A stretch of 64,000 nt of DNA from Eledone cirrhosa (Eukaryota): assembly GCA_964016885.1 (NCBI GenBank), contig OZ024755.1, positions 1,612,001 to 1,676,000 on the forward strand, in the 5' to 3' direction. How positions within the stretch are numbered: position 1 is the first letter of the stretch; every line of letters begins with the position of its first letter. The notes beneath the pieces are model-generated. The model was not told where the DNA came from. It saw only the letters and a list, made by a program, of their open reading frames with translations, and did no database searches. Shown here one piece after another: positions 1 through 62,760 of the stretch. The translations under genes and the position numbers were made by a program.

Positions 1-677
1 GTGTATTTATATGGTTCCTAGCAATAATTAATTGTATATATTTACGATCTGTAAGAATTATGAATTATAAACAATTTATAAGAAAGTCTCCTTATCTTTA
101 ATTATAAAAACCTTCAATGGTTTGAAGAAGAAACACGGTTGTCTTGTAAAGCAATTCCATTTAATCCACGTGAAAATCTAGATTAATGTTTTTACTTTAT
201 TTAAATTAAAATAGAATCACGGAGAAAAATAACACAATTTGATGTGACTTAATATTAGATGTTAAATTATTAAAATTGTGTTATTTAAATATATTTTTAT
301 ATCATATTGTCTCATGTTTTTATTAATTTATTAAATCAACCCTGGCTAAAGAGGAAATAAAGAGGGTTTAAAGATCTTATATATGTATATAAGATCTTAT
401 ATATATATATAACTTAGCATTATATATATATAGAGAGAGATTATATATTGAAATAATTAATAAAAATAAACACGATCGGAAATTATTCACTTAATTGTGA
501 GATCTGGGGTTTTTTAAGGATAATATATATATAATAAAAATAATATACAAGAAACCAGTCGAGAGATCGAGGTTTTTCTGATTATATTTAATATATATTA
601 AATATATATTATATATTTAATATATATGCAAGAAACCAGTTAATTTCGATTGTTTTCTAAATGTATTAGGTGTAAAG
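1..677 (+). promoter_or_regulatory. Candidate promoter / non-coding first exon of the CLK gene, ending at donor AAG|gtaaga
   Basis: The start codon at 10064 follows an acceptor directly, so an upstream exon is required. The first ~1.5 kb is visibly richer in CpG than the introns, and a consensus donor lies at 677/678. Confidence 0.35.
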
Positions 678-827
678 GTAAGATATGATATGTACTCTAA
701 TATAGCTACTCTAATTAATTGATTCATACAATTTGTTTTCGGGATATTTCTAAACATAAATATATTTAGAAACATTAAATATCTCGTCTATTTAATTATC
801 GCAAGTGCTCGCTAAGATTAAAAACCG

Positions 828-878
<51 letters not shown>

Positions 879-1864
879 TATATCAAATTACATGTTCGAT
901 CTTATTTGATTAATTTAATCTTTTTAAAATGGCCTCCAACACAGTTCGATCGTTCTTCGTTTATATTTGATAATTTATATTTAGAGAAGAAAGAAACACC
1001 TTCTCATATTGAAATATTTTCCAATGCACGCCATTAAGAATTTCTGATATGTATATATATATATGGAGAATTCACAACATATATATATATATAATGTGAA
1101 TTCTCCATGAAAACTATTTTTGTTCCTGTTTAAAGGTCGAATTTACGATGTTTTTATTTTTCTATTCAATACATGAAATAGTGACAATGTGATTTTATAT
1201 GAGAACAATATATATTTGTAACACACCTATATTTATTTTAATTGGATAATGATCGCGGTGAATGTTTATTGATTTCGTACAACAGCGGGTTTTCCTCTCT
1301 CACTATATTTGATCTAATAACCAACAGACGTATGATTTTTTATCTATAATTAGTTTTGGTCTGATTTTCATATATTAAATAAACTAATTTAAATATAATG
1401 CTTTCCAAATTAACAGCCAGCTTGGAACTTCGTCTAAACTCTAATCTGCTTTGCAGGTGGTTTGTGGAAGATTTAAGGCATTACTGATTTCATTTTAGAA
1501 ATTATATATCGATTAAAAAAATGTCTTCTTTAATATAAAAGATGTCTTTTGTTTTGTTTTTCGTTTTAAATCTCTTATCAAAATCTATATAACATCTTTC
1601 AACTTTCTTAATGTATAATATTTATAATGAAAATTTACAGAGGTACCACTGTAGGTGTAAATGTGATCAATTTAAATACTTTCATTATTGTATACACCTT
1701 TTCTTCAATGCTTCCATTATTAAATGCTTTTTTGATCAGTATTTGTAGTAGGCTAAACGTAAACTTAAAGAATGTCCATCATGCTTTCCAATTTTATGTT
1801 GATAATAATATCACCCAGGATAATGTCTTCAGTTTAAAATGTTATATATATATATAAATAAAAT

Positions 1865-2105
1865 TCATAGTAGCTGTATACACAATCTGTATAAATATAT
1901 ATACATTCCATAGTAGCTGTATACACAATCTGTATAGATATATATACATTCCATAGTAGCTGTATACACAATCTGTATAGATATATATACATTCCATAGT
2001 AGCTATATACACAATCTGTATATATATATACACACATTCCATAGTAGCTGTATACAGTCTATATTTATATATACATTCCATAGTAGCTGTATACACCACA
2101 ATCTA
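1865..2105. repeat. Minisatellite, ~43-bp unit (cattccatagtagctgtatacacaatctgtatagatatatata), ~5.5 copies
   Basis: Tandem copies visible directly. Confidence 0.9.
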
Positions 2106-2789
2106 CATATGTCTTTGGCTTAGTTATTCATAAGACGTCAATCACATCAGAAAAGGTTTCATTATTGAAGTACCAGTAATGCACTGGATAATTGCTGGCC
2201 TTGTGCCAAAAAGTAGAAACAATTATTGAACTGTGCAAATAGATTGTTATTACTTTAGCTCTTTCTTTGCACGTAATCCACATTCTAAACAAAATCTGAA
2301 ATAAAAATTTTAAAAAAACTTCAATTTTAATTATTTAAACTTAGATGGCTTTCAAATATATTTTTTTCTCTATTAAATTTGTCTTTTAGAGTGCTCTGAT
2401 TTTCCTGTGTATCCTGTTGTTCAAAACCTTTTAAGGGCATCTTTACATGAGAACGTAACTTACTATGTCAATGCTTCACAAGGAAGAACCTTTAACGGTA
2501 TCTAAAAAAATATTACATTTTTATTTCGTAAGGCTTAATTCTAATTAGTATAATTACCCCCTCCTCTCCTCTCCCCTAATATCACACAAGTAATATTTTA
2601 GTCTAATAAAAAACATCATATCGGTGGAAGGAAACTGTCTTATTGCAGGTGCAGGTTTTTCATTATTTGTTTGTTTATCTACTCACTCACCAAACACTAG
2701 CACAAAGAATTCGCTTTTTTTTTTTTGTTATCCCTTTTCAGCAGTACTCCTTATGGCTTGGAGAGATCCCTAATACAAACCTGTGCTGC

Positions 2790-2940
2790 ACTGCTTAGTG
2801 GTTGGGGTTTTGGTCTCACAATCGTAAGGTTATGAATTTGATTCAGGATCTGATGGTGACTTGGGTCCTTGAACAAGTCATTTAATTTCACATAGATCTT
2901 AACCTTGTCCACTCAATTGCAAAAGTACCAGTAACAAATG
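2790..2940 (+). mobile_element. Degenerate tRNA-derived SINE
   Basis: A-box-like gcttagtggtt and B-box-like gaatttgattc; body tccttgaacaagtcatttaatttcac resembles copies at 3440-3650 (-), 42100-42190 and 49830-49900. Confidence 0.6.
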
Positions 2941-3439
2941 GGGGTGTTTATTGCTATGACAGACCAAGGTTTCATCTTGGGAAGGGTCTTGTACTCTTGG
3001 TTACATATCTAACTCCCAAGAAACTGGTAAGCTCCTGTCTAATGAACCTCTGGACTGGTGATAAGTTCATACTTCTGATTTAGCAATTCCCTCAGTCTAC
3101 TTTACAACTCCATCATACTATAATACCAAGGTTTGAGGGATTCCAATCAATTTAATAACTTTCCAAGAGTTCATGCAAATATCCTTTCATATACCTTGTC
3201 CCTATCGGTAAACTTCTCTTCCCAGTATAATTGGTAATGGTCTTTTGATGTCTAGTTTGATCAACTCATTTGCAATTATTGCATATCCTCACCATTTGTC
3301 CTGACATCGACTCTCCCTTTCCCTTCAAATTATTGGCTTTCTGCTTAAATTAGAAACCATTATCTTAATCTGAGCTTGTCATTCATCCTGTCAAGTACTG
3401 AAGTAAATATAATTGCTCTTCCTTCTGGATCCCTGAAGC

Positions 3440-3650
3440 TCAGCAGGCTAGTTTCTGTGTCTGAGAAGACTCTTCCCTGGACAGGACACCAGTCCATCGC
3501 AGGGTTAAGCCCCCACCTACTGCTGGTATACTGGAACAAAATGAAGTGTTTGGATCAAGAACGCAACACACAACCCAGTCTAGGAATTGAACCCATAACA
3601 TTATGATTGTAAAACCAACAGCCTTACCACTAGACCACACACCTCCACAC
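3440..3650 (-). mobile_element. tRNA-derived SINE, reverse orientation
   Basis: Reverse complement reads gtggtctagtggtaagg...gggttcaattcc (A/B boxes), followed by the shared SINE body. Confidence 0.65.
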
Positions 3651-3959
3651 TGAATATAATTGTCTCCCCAAATTTCTGGGTTTTAATATAATCAATAGCA
3701 TCATTTAAGAAAATAGAATAATTAAATTTAAAATAATTGTTTAATCTAAAAATTTTAGAACAAACAAATAGTAAAATTTCTATTTATAAAACACACCCAA
3801 GAGATGTAAATATCAAAACATTTTTTGTTTGCTTTTTATTTTTAATCCAATGAGAGCGGTATGTTCTGAAGTAGACTAATCCAACAAGCTCTTAGACATC
3901 AAACAATATGAGCCATTCTTATTTAAATATTGTAGACTGTGTGAAATACTCAGTGACGT

Positions 3960-4495
3960 TGTTTAGCTGGATGTCTGACCTAATTGAGCAGGTCATTTAC
4001 AACAGTGGTTCTATGACATACACACACACGACAGGAGCATGGGATCGACAGAGAGCTTGTTGCCTTGAAGTCCCTCTGTAAATGCCACAATGTCCAGAAT
4101 TGTGTAATATTGCCTTTTTTGTTCTACTGAACAATATGCACAGCTGGGTTAGAAGTGGTATCAAAACTGGTGGGTAGAGGATCAGTTGGTTGCAATTTAC
4201 AGATGACATGGTGAGGCTGAACTTGTCAGAAAGTGACTTCCGATATCCACTTGATAGGTTTGCTGCATGGTAACAATGAAAATCAGTACTGTGAAGACTG
4301 AGGCATTTGTCCTCGAGAAAGTCTGCTCTATGCAATCTGCATGTAAGTGGAGTTACACAGAGGGTGGAGGAGAAGTTCAACTATCTTGGGACTGTTTTCA
4401 TGAGTGATGGAAGGCAGGACGCTGAATTAATTGTAGGAGTTGGTCCAGTAATGTGCCAACTTCAGCACTTGATCTCGATTTGTTCAAGAGTGTGA
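3960..4495 (+). mobile_element. Degenerate RTE-like LINE reverse-transcriptase fragment
   Basis: Translation ...VEEKFNYLGTVFMSDGRQDAEL resembles the RTE-clade RT C-terminal F-YLG motif; interrupted frames. Confidence 0.55.
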
Positions 4496-5085
4496 TGGAG
4501 AGAGCCAGGACAGGATGAGGCTAGCTAGATCTTGGTTATTGATAAAGATAATAGAGAACCATCACAAGTGGTAGGATTGGTGAAGAGAGAGAGAGAGATG
4601 TGACAGAAACAGGGAGATAAATGATGGTTAGCAATAAATATGTGATGGTTCTTGGAGATCTTCATCAGCTTCAGCTTCTTCAGCTCAGTCTTCCCCTAAG
4701 TTCTATTCTACATCACCTTCCTCTACCAATGCTGTCTTCTCTCTTATATTCACTTTTCCTCTCAGTTCATTTATTGTCCATTGTTCAAGACATTAATATT
4801 GTCTGCCAGAGCTTGTTTGCTTCATTGCTTGCCACTGTCATATTGCACAATAAGCATGTTTGTTTCATATCTTTCTGGCCTTCATAGATCCTCTGTAAAG
4901 GCCCACATAGCTTGCCACTGTCATATTGCACAATAAGCTTCTTGTAGCTTGAATTTTACCAGTTAGTGCTGAACTTACCACTAAGCTATAACTTAGGGCC
5001 ACACGCACACACCTTCAGGGGCCTCATTTAAAAAAATATATTTTTATTTTATCATTACATTTTATTCTTTAACACTAAATCATCA

Positions 5086-5138
<53 letters not shown>

Positions 5139-5221
5139 GGAGGTGAGTTTTATTGTAGTACAATAAAGCAATGCAGATATCGGATAAGAAGCACTCTACA
5201 GTTTGTGGGACTGGAGTATGC

Positions 5222-5562
5222 ATAATATAAGATCAAAAGATGGTTAAAGGAGTTCCATATATTTTATTATGCGCATTTCAAAAACAAACATCATCAAGCA
5301 ATAATATTTGTGTTTTCATCAGATAAAACAGGAGAACATGATATGAAGGCTAAAGAACACTTGTTGATAGTGCAGTTTTAAATCAACATATGATATGTTG
5401 ATTTAAAACTGCACTATCAACAAGTGTTCTTTAGCCTTCATATCATGTTCTCCTGTTTTATCTGATGAAAACACAAATATTATTGCTTGATGATGTTTGT
5501 TTTTGAAATGCGCATAATAAAATATATGGAACTCCTTTAACCATCTTTTGATCTTATATTAT
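5222..5562. mobile_element. Perfect palindrome (170-bp arms, 1-nt centre at 5392) between (TA)n tracts; probable Penelope-like element footprint
   Basis: Arms are exact reverse complements by inspection; contains the hammerhead motif; (TA)n at ~5091-5135 and ~5560-5584. Confidence 0.75.
5454..5524 (+). ncRNA. Minimal type I hammerhead ribozyme motif (Penelope-like element type); mirror copy on the - strand at 5260-5330
   Basis: Stem I TGTTTTAT/ATAAAATA; CTGATGA 5462-5468; stem II AAACACAAATAT/ATGTTTGTTTTT; GAAA 5505-5508; stem III one U-A pair plus palindromic GCGC loop; AUA cleavage triplet, with the cut after 5516. Confidence 0.7.
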
Positions 5563-8500
5563 ATATATATATATATATATATATGTTTGTATAATTATTT
5601 AACATTGTTTTAGAGAAGGGCTCAAATTTTATATAGCTTAGGGCCTCAGCAGGTGAAAGTCCAGACGGCCCTGTTACCAGAAGTAGCAGCTCCCTAAACT
5701 TCCGCTACCCTATTCCTAGTCTAGCTACTATACTTTCAGTATGTACATACCAACTGAAAAGCTGATTATTTGAGAGAATCTATTTCATGTCTACTTTTAT
5801 TACTGACAGCTCCTCTGTATCTGCTAGATTTATGAACTTTACCTCTGTCAGCCTATTTCACCTCTTAGCTATCCATTATTTACACTGGGTACACTGTGTA
5901 TGGAATTTTTACCTACTTCTATGTTTATTAAGCACACCCACCAGATGGTGCCTGTTTTATTTCCTACTAACTACTTTAGTCTTTGCAAAGTTTACTTTGA
6001 AGTTTTTAGATTCTAGGTTTTATTTCCATGTCTGGACTTACTTCTAGTTTAAAATTTTAATGGGTCTGATTCATAGGTGTGTATAAATTGGTAAGGAATC
6101 TTCAAGGAATGTTTAATAAAGAGTAATATGTGTGTGTTGACAAAGAGAAGAGGCAGGTGAAATAGGATTGTGTAGGTGGAGACAGCAGTATCATCATCGT
6201 TTAACGTCTATCTTCCACGCTAGCATGGGTTCAGTATATTGTTGGTAAGTTATTGTAGTGGAAAAAGAGACTTTTATTTGTTCCATAGTGTGGCTACATG
6301 TGATGAATGGACTGTCTCAGTGTTAGAAATAATTTGACGTTATCAGTTGTCCAAGAAGAATATATTTTCTGAAATTGAAGAGCAAATATTTCTCTTAATT
6401 GCAAACATTGCTCTGTGGTATCTGTAGAGACAGTTATTGTAAAGGTCAATTGTTTGGATTAGAATGATTTTTAGCTGTGTTATGAATAGAAGAGGATTAT
6501 TTTTCAATGCTGGTGAATAAGAAAATGTGTGTTAACATGACATGTTTTCAAGGTCTCTGTTGATATAAGATATATCTAGTGAGGAAGGAATATAGATTAG
6601 TCATTTCTACATACATGTTGTGTATGTGAGTACATGTTGTTTGTTGTAACAGTGAGTGGGCTAGTGTTACATAAATAGACATGTAGGAAACTATATAGTG
6701 AATCCTGACATACCATAAAGAAGCTCTTGATCTCTGGATGAATTAAAGGTTTGTTGTTCCAGATATGGGTTCCTTGTCTCTCCCTATACAATGTGAGCCA
6801 GTTTTATATAGACACCTTACAGTGTATAGAACTGTCGTATTATTAGAGATGATGATTATGCTTGTTTTTAAGTTCTTATACTATGAGGCATTATTTCATT
6901 ATTTCTAACAATGTTAGAAATAATGAAATTATTTTGACATTTCTTTATTCTTCACACTTGCCACACTGTCCTATTTATTGAAATTACTTGCAGAGGAATA
7001 ATGAAAGCAGTGTTAAATTACATAGTTAAAACAATTAGCCATTTCAAATAAAAAGAATTTTGCAACAAATTTTCCATACAGCATTTCAGATGTAATTAAA
7101 GTAGTTTGAGATGTTAATTGTGCATTCTGATGTAACAATTAATTACAGTTTGGTGCTTTCTATGTGGTGTTTCTAGTAAAAACAAGGATAGCCAGTGTAT
7201 TTCTAATGAAATATACCATGTGTTTCATGGACAAATTTTTTTAATTTATTAACTTGTAATGTTCTGTAATGATTTAGCTGAAAATATCTAAAAACATGTT
7301 AATTCAAATGTTTGTAGTATTTTTACTACTGGATACTGGACAGAAGAGTTGCACTATTAGAGTAGCAACTTCAATTTTTAATGTGATGCAGTCATATTGC
7401 TATTTTAGTACTTTTCAAGAATATTTTGTTAATGTTGTTTCGTGTGGTGCTGGACGTTGAGTTAAGATGGTTTTTAAAACAACATAATTCAATTAAAGTT
7501 TCTTAAAAAAACAAAAAAAAAAGTTTTTGTTGGGGAGGGAAGGGCAGTAGCCATGTTTATTTTTAGGGTCTCTGAGACTTGAAGAGAGGAGGGAAGTTAT
7601 CGTCAAATCAGAGTAGACTCTATTTTGGCATTGTTAAAGCATTAGTATTCTGGAGCTCTATGTTCTGAGTTCATATCCCACCCAGGACAAATTTGACTTC
7701 CAGCCTTATAGGGTAGATTAATAAAGTACCATTTGAGGGAATTAGGTTTGTTATAACATTGGATGGGTGGTCTTGAGGTATCTACTCTGACAATGTGTTT
7801 TAAGTTCAAATCCTACCTTCTGTCAATGGAAAGACGATGATATGGTAGGCTTGAGGTCTTTTATCATTAAAATATCCCCTAAAACCTCTGAGAATCTCAT
7901 AGGAGGTCAGCTAATCTGTTGCAAGTGTGAAATGTAACATCATCCTAATTATTATTCATCTTAAATACTCCACAATATTTTAATCTCTTAAGAATTCCTG
8001 CTGGATTTTAGTATAAAAGAAGAAAAAATGTTCAGCAAAGCCATGTTTATATCAGCTTAGCTATTTAACGAAGAAATCAATGACAATCTCATCTTGAAAT
8101 TCTGATAGTTTAGAAAGGTTAGCTTAATGTTCTTACCAAATGAGCTTAAAAGAATAGCTGTTTATGATACTGGGACCTACAATTACTTGTACTGAAATAT
8201 AATCCATTATGAATACAATGGGATTTTTCTTTCAATTAATATTCCAATAGTTAAAGATTTCTAACTGCAGATATTGTAGGCTTCATTCAAAGAGCACTGA
8301 TTTAGTAGTTTTCTTCTTTTGCTGAGACACTTTTTTTGTCCACTAATTTCACTCACAAGCTCTTGCTCAATGCACGTGTGCTCTGTAGTGAAAACCTCAG
8401 GATAAACAATATTTTTGGTTTCCATAAAGTTGTCAGTGTAAAAGTACAGGATCTACCCAGTTCGGTCCAATAACTTTCAATGATTGCCCTTTGACAGTTG

Positions 8501-9401
8501 ATAGTTTTGGCAAGCTGAGTCTGATAGGAAAATGGAAGTTTTCAGAAGTATTCATTCTGGAAATGAAACGATTGTATCCCCAAAATTGGAGTGATTGCAT
8601 CTTTTAGGGCATATAGCACAGTTTGTGATGATGGATTTGGAGTATCTAGGGTGTGGTTTGAGGGAGATTTGGTTGCTATTTCTACTCCGCCTTGCTACCA
8701 TGTAGCGATCTGCCTCATTGCAGTATACAATATATAGTAGTAGTAGATACATCAAACTCTCTTTGTCTTTTTAAAATTTGGTTTTGACCTTCCCCCCATC
8801 TATAAACTACCAGTTATGTAAATACTGTTTACAAGTTCATTTGTCAGTCAAGCCAAGTCCTGAAATGACATCACATCAATGTGATTCTATACCCAGAATA
8901 AACATATTAAACCAGTACTTTTATATTGCCACCCCTGATTCACTGACAATGTATGTTCCTCATAAGAGCCTTAAGGATTACAGCTGGCTGATAAAAGAAA
9001 CTATTTCACATTCACGGAAGTCATTTTTGCTAAGGGTGGTGGATTACAGGTCCCCACACCAATGAAGTCTACTCTTCGACATTCTACATCTGATTCCTTT
9101 TATACCCAGTTCATCCTTGCTTTGTTGTTCATACACTCTAACATTGCATATCCAATGGAGCTTGCTTGTTTAGTTTCTTTCCACTCTTCACATATCCTCT
9201 GTATTCCTTGTCCGTGTCTCACTACCAGACAGCATTGCACTTTTCACGCAGGTATCATATAGTTTACCCTCCACTCAGAAAAAAAATCTTATTTAACATG
9301 TAATAGCTCCTGAAGTTTTTCCACCCTGTTTTTATCCTGGCTACAATGGTTTCAGAATGCCCTCTATTGCTATAGAATAATTTGACAAATATATATATAT
9401 A

Positions 9402-9592
9402 CCGTATATACTCGAATATAAGTCAACCACACTATTTTTTGTCTGAGAAAATGGGCAACAATCGAAACCTTATTTATGTAGAACTTAAAGTTGATGAAAA
9501 TTGTCAAAATATTGACCACAAATATCTCAACCCACTTCTCCCATTGATTTTTTTTTGGTCGCATTCCTCACCTTATAGTCGAATATATACAA
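9402..9592. mobile_element. Tc1/pogo-type MITE remnant
   Basis: Imperfect terminal inverted repeats ccgtatatactcgaatataag ... cttatagtcgaatatatac in TA context. Confidence 0.55.
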
Positions 9593-10063
9593 TATATATG
9601 TATTGTGGAATAATGTTTTTTATGTTGACACATGATTTCTGATTATTTGATGCTTCACCAAGAAAAAGACATTTCTATGTTGTGAAGAAATAAAGACCAT
9701 TACAACTGTAATGATAGAATAATTGATTATCTGTTTTCTCCAACAGAATATTCTTTTACTGTACTTTCTCTTTTTAATAAATTATTGGATGGAAATTCTG
9801 TTTTTATCTTATATTAAAATTTATTGTATCTGTAATATATGCACACAAAAAAAAAATGTATTTACGACACAATTATGGAGATATAGTGTTTGTATAAAAA
9901 GTTGCTATGACAAAATGTCATGCCTAGAGGGTGTATGTGCTAACCACATAATTGATTGTGTTTGGTTTTGGGGAAAGTGAATGAATTGATTTATTGGTTG
10001 ATAATGTAACTAAATATCATTGAACAAAATAATATCTTGTAATGTTGATTGCTTTTATTTCAG

Positions 10064-58498
<48,435 letters not shown>

Positions 58499-58996
58499 TG
58501 GACAACATAATAATAATTCTCTCTCTCTCTCATCCCCCATTAAACACCAATGACTTGGCATTGTCTTTTAATAGCAACAGCCACCTATTGGTATTTTTTT
58601 CTCTTCTTCCCTCTACCTTTATTCCTAATGAACATCACTTGGAGATACAATGCTGATTGTGTTTGTGTTCTGTAAGGTAGTAATTTAGTGGTGAGGTTTT
58701 AATTTCATCTCAATTTGTTAAGCTAGCTAGCTATTAACATATATATAAAAGAAATAACAATAATTTTGAATTAACCTTCTCGACTAAATTAATGGAGGAT
58801 GAGTTTTAAAAAAGTTTGAAAATAAAATAAAAGATGTTTCCTCCTTTGTACAGTACAATAGAGAAAGACGAGAATGTTCTCTTTACATCACATCTTTCCC
58901 ATCATAGGTTTACAAAGAAAAATATATGCGCATACACACATTAATATAGACTGGGTCAAGGCTTGAGCAGAAAAGTGGACTGGACTAATTTTATTT

Positions 58997-59027
<31 letters not shown>

Positions 59028-60496
59028 GATTAAAAAAAAAAATACTGACAAAAATGTGAGAATAACATTTTTTATTGAGTTTTCTGAGCTCAAAAAAATG
59101 TGAAATCTCACGACTGAAGTTATAAACTCTTTCTTCTCCATTAGTATGCAGTGGAAATCATACTAATACAGGTACAGTACGATAAAACTAAAATGTTAAT
59201 AAAACACTTGTACATGAAGTTTATCACATTTACATCTTCCTTCTTCACTTATTATATCTTTCTATTTATTTATATGTATATATATATGTGTGTATGTATA
59301 TATATATATCTTTGTATTTATATGTGTATTTATATATGTGTGCGTGTATTTATATATCTTTGTATTTATTTATGTATATATGTGTGCGTATATATATATA
59401 TATATATATCTTTATTTATGTGTATATATATGTGTGTGTATCATTACCGTTTTATGTCTATTTTTCCACGCTAGTATGGGTTAGACGAGTTGTCATGTTG
59501 TGGGCAATACTTAGTCAGATGTAGCCAAATGGCTGGAACAGGTGAAAGAGTAAAAGGGGTGTGTGTGTGTTTTCAATGAAACTCTCATCTACAGAAACAC
59601 GTCTCATACCTTAGCAGGTCTACAAAAATAGAACAACGGAATAAGTGCCAGACTTTAACTACTGGCTTGCTATGATAAACTAAACCAACATGGTGTCCTA
59701 GCATACTCATAGTCTAATGACTGAACCAATTAAATAATACAATATATATGTGTGTGTATATTCAAGTTTTATCCCCACCATTTCCTCTTTTTTGTTAATC
59801 TTCTAGTTTATTTATTAATCATCATCACCACCATCATCATCATTATTGCTAACTAGAACTCTATTATCTTCTTTACTCTGAAATATTTTGTTTGTAAACG
59901 TAAAGGAATCTGTCAGATGAAAGATGATGATGATGTTTTAGAAAACTGTTGCTGTTAGAACTTTCTAAATATGATTCAAAATTCCTTCTTGCTGCTGCAA
60001 GTCTAGTTATATAATCACATAAAGCAGTTGTATTTCACCTTGTGCTAATATTTTACTTCCTACGCAGCTTAAGTCAGCAGAACTTAGACAAATTGGTTTG
60101 AAAATAAATCTTGAAATGTGAAGAAAACAACGTAAACAGTAAAAAAAAAAATATAGATCACACATACACACACACGTATATATATATTTACACATAGACA
60201 CATCCGATTTGCTGGTAACTTGTTGTTTGGCACATCTTTTGATATTCGGATATAATAATTGTTTCTGCTCTTGGCACATGGCCAGCAATTAGCCCAGTGC
60301 ATTACTGGTACTTTATTTTATCGACCCCGTAAGGATGAAAGGTAAAGTTAGCCTCGGCGGGATTTGAACTCGCTGTGATTCGGATATAATATTAGGTAAA
60401 CATTTAAATTACCCACGACCAGGGACTAGTTAATTCACCTCCAGAGGTTAAGCATGTTGTGTTAGATTTAATTTTAAATATCAATGCTTTCATATA

Positions 60497-60698
60497 CGAG
60501 GGTCGGCTGAATAGTTCAAAAACTGACCAAGATACTGTCATGGAATGACCAAATGAGGTGTTGTTGTTTTTTTCAATATGGTTCCGGGAAAGAAACAATG
60601 CTGTTATTTATTATTAAGAGTTGAAATTAATACATGCAAGATTTCGCAGCTCTGCATCACTCCTACATAGTCAGCCTATAAACTTTTCAGCATCCCCG
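60497..60698. mobile_element. mariner-type MITE remnant
   Basis: TA-cgagggtcggctgaatagtt ... aacttttcagcatccccg imperfect TIRs. Confidence 0.6.
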
Positions 60699-61445
60699 GC
60701 TTAATATATTCCTATTGAATTAAGTACCGAAATTCTGTGTTGTACCAATAATAGTAATTTTAGAATTGTATATTAAAGCTAAGTGATTATAGAGATGGCT
60801 GGTGTGTTGTGATGGACACAACACAATCTGACTGGGTAAGTGGATTGTATTATTAGATTAAAAGCAAAGTTAAAAATCCATCATACATTAAATAATAATT
60901 TCTATATTACCTACACATACTTTCTCTTCTGTAACCTAAGTCCATTTGACAATTGTTACAGCAGAACTAATTCAAATTTCTAATATAAACCTGCATAACT
61001 GATGAGTTGTTGATACAGTCAGGCCACAGCCATTGTGATCACACCTTCAGCTGATCAATATTGAAACATTTGTCATATGTGAATAAAGTTGATATATGAT
61101 ACAACCTTGAGACTTTGTTTCTGTTTAATTTTATATACACTCTGCAGGTTACAGCTGGCCTTAGCCCCTAGCTACATGGAAGTATAAACCCTACATGTGA
61201 TGGACCTTTGGAAGTGTATTGAGTGCTCTGACTGGTGAACTACTTCCTGTAACTACCATTACAAACGTGTGTGTATATGTGTATATATATATACACAGAC
61301 ATTACAATATATATACACACTCTGCTGTAGCATTGAGTGTTGGTATTGGTGCCACCTTTAGTAATCAATATTACCAAACATTGAGACAGGCTTTATACAT
61401 TTTTAAAACCGTAACAGTAATAGTAACTCTCAAAGGAATGTTTAA

Positions 61446-61615
61446 CCCGCTGTATCCGGCCAGAATTCTCTCACCTCTTTCTCTTTAAACCGGCTGTAAC
61501 TGGATGATCATACTTTTGTGATGGTATTGTACTCAAAGTAAATGATATCATGTGAGGTAAAGATTTTACCGTGAAAATACAATAGTAAATATAGAGTAAT
61601 GTAAATGCTAAAGGG
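61446..61615 (-). mobile_element. TTAA-flanked MITE, family A, reverse orientation
   Basis: Internal ccggccagaattctctcacc is approximately the reverse complement of ggtgagggaattctggccgg in the 55809 copy; right end taaatgctaaaggg-TTAA. Confidence 0.75.
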
Positions 61616-62369
61616 TTAAGCTGTTGCTCTGGTATTCATGTTCCCAGTGGAGTGAACCTGACTAATATGAAATGAAGTATCTTGTTCAAGGATCGAACTC
61701 AAGACTTTACTATCGTAAACCCAGTAATATTTTTATTTGATGTACTGAATAATTTAAATTTATCAACAATCAAATTTACCCTAAAGCAAGTATATGTTAA
61801 ATCTTATAAACTAAAGTACAATGATCAAAGCTATAAATACTTGTAAATATTAGGAATGTCTTCTTGAGTAGAAGAAATGTTATGTCTGTCTATGAATGTC
61901 TATTTTTCTTATTTATTTATATATATATATATATATGTGTGTGTGTAAGTTGTATTGGCATTCAGCCATAGTGTTGCAGTATTTTACTGTGGCATATTTT
62001 AACAAAATCTACCATTTACTGACCTATGTCCAACTGAAAGAAACGGTACAGTATCTGACTAGATAACATTTCTAGTCACTTGTTGTAATGTTCGCAGTTT
62101 AAATACCTGCAATATTGATAAGATAAATGTATGGAAGCTCAGAATGGTTTGTGGTATTTGTTCTGGCTCTGTTCTGTCAGTTCAAATCCCGCAGAGGTCA
62201 ATTTTGCCTTTCATCCATTCGAAGTAGATAGAATATGAACCAGTCTAGTACTGGGGTCGATTCGTCTTCTATATCACTTTCTTTCTTCTCTGGAAGAAAT
62301 CTGGTGTATTCAGACCTGGGGAGGAGATGAGCTCTGCCAGGCTTAAAATGCTGTAGAAATGCCTCCATC

Positions 62370-62760
62370 AGGGATTACGGTACCATAACATACCAAATGT
62401 ATGAACCAGTCAGCTAATCTTAGTGAGGGATGTAACATCAGTGGAATGGAGTTTGTTGTCTTGTTTGTCAACCTCCTTGTAGTGGGTCTTGGACACTGGA
62501 CACTGGTTAGGTAACAGCATATTCCAACGAATGACATTTTTAATGATATGAAATAAGTTAGAATGTCTTGGGGAAAGAATCGCTGGACAGATTTTATGGG
62601 TAAAAACCAACGGGTAGGAGACCCAGGGATAGACCATGAGCAAGATAGTTGGATAACATCCATGAACTCAGCATGTTTCACTTTAGGAACCAGCCAGATC
62701 AGTTGGAGACGGTTGCTTCTGTCAGGACCCACTGGAAGGTTGAGGGCTCTCTCAGGAATA
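62370..62760 (+). mobile_element. Degenerate RTE-like LINE 3' fragment
   Basis: Frame reading PTGRRPRDRP*AR*LDNI resembles the G-R-RGRP--RW-D-I motif of RTE ORF C-termini. Confidence 0.55.

Noticed and set aside
2790-2860. tRNA genes at A/B-box-like sequences
   Set aside because: No cloverleaf; they continue into shared SINE bodies, so they are SINE heads.
5780-9370. Possible further LINE and Tc1 fragments
   Set aside because: Composition suggests decayed transposons, but I could not recover diagnostic motifs or boundaries reliably.
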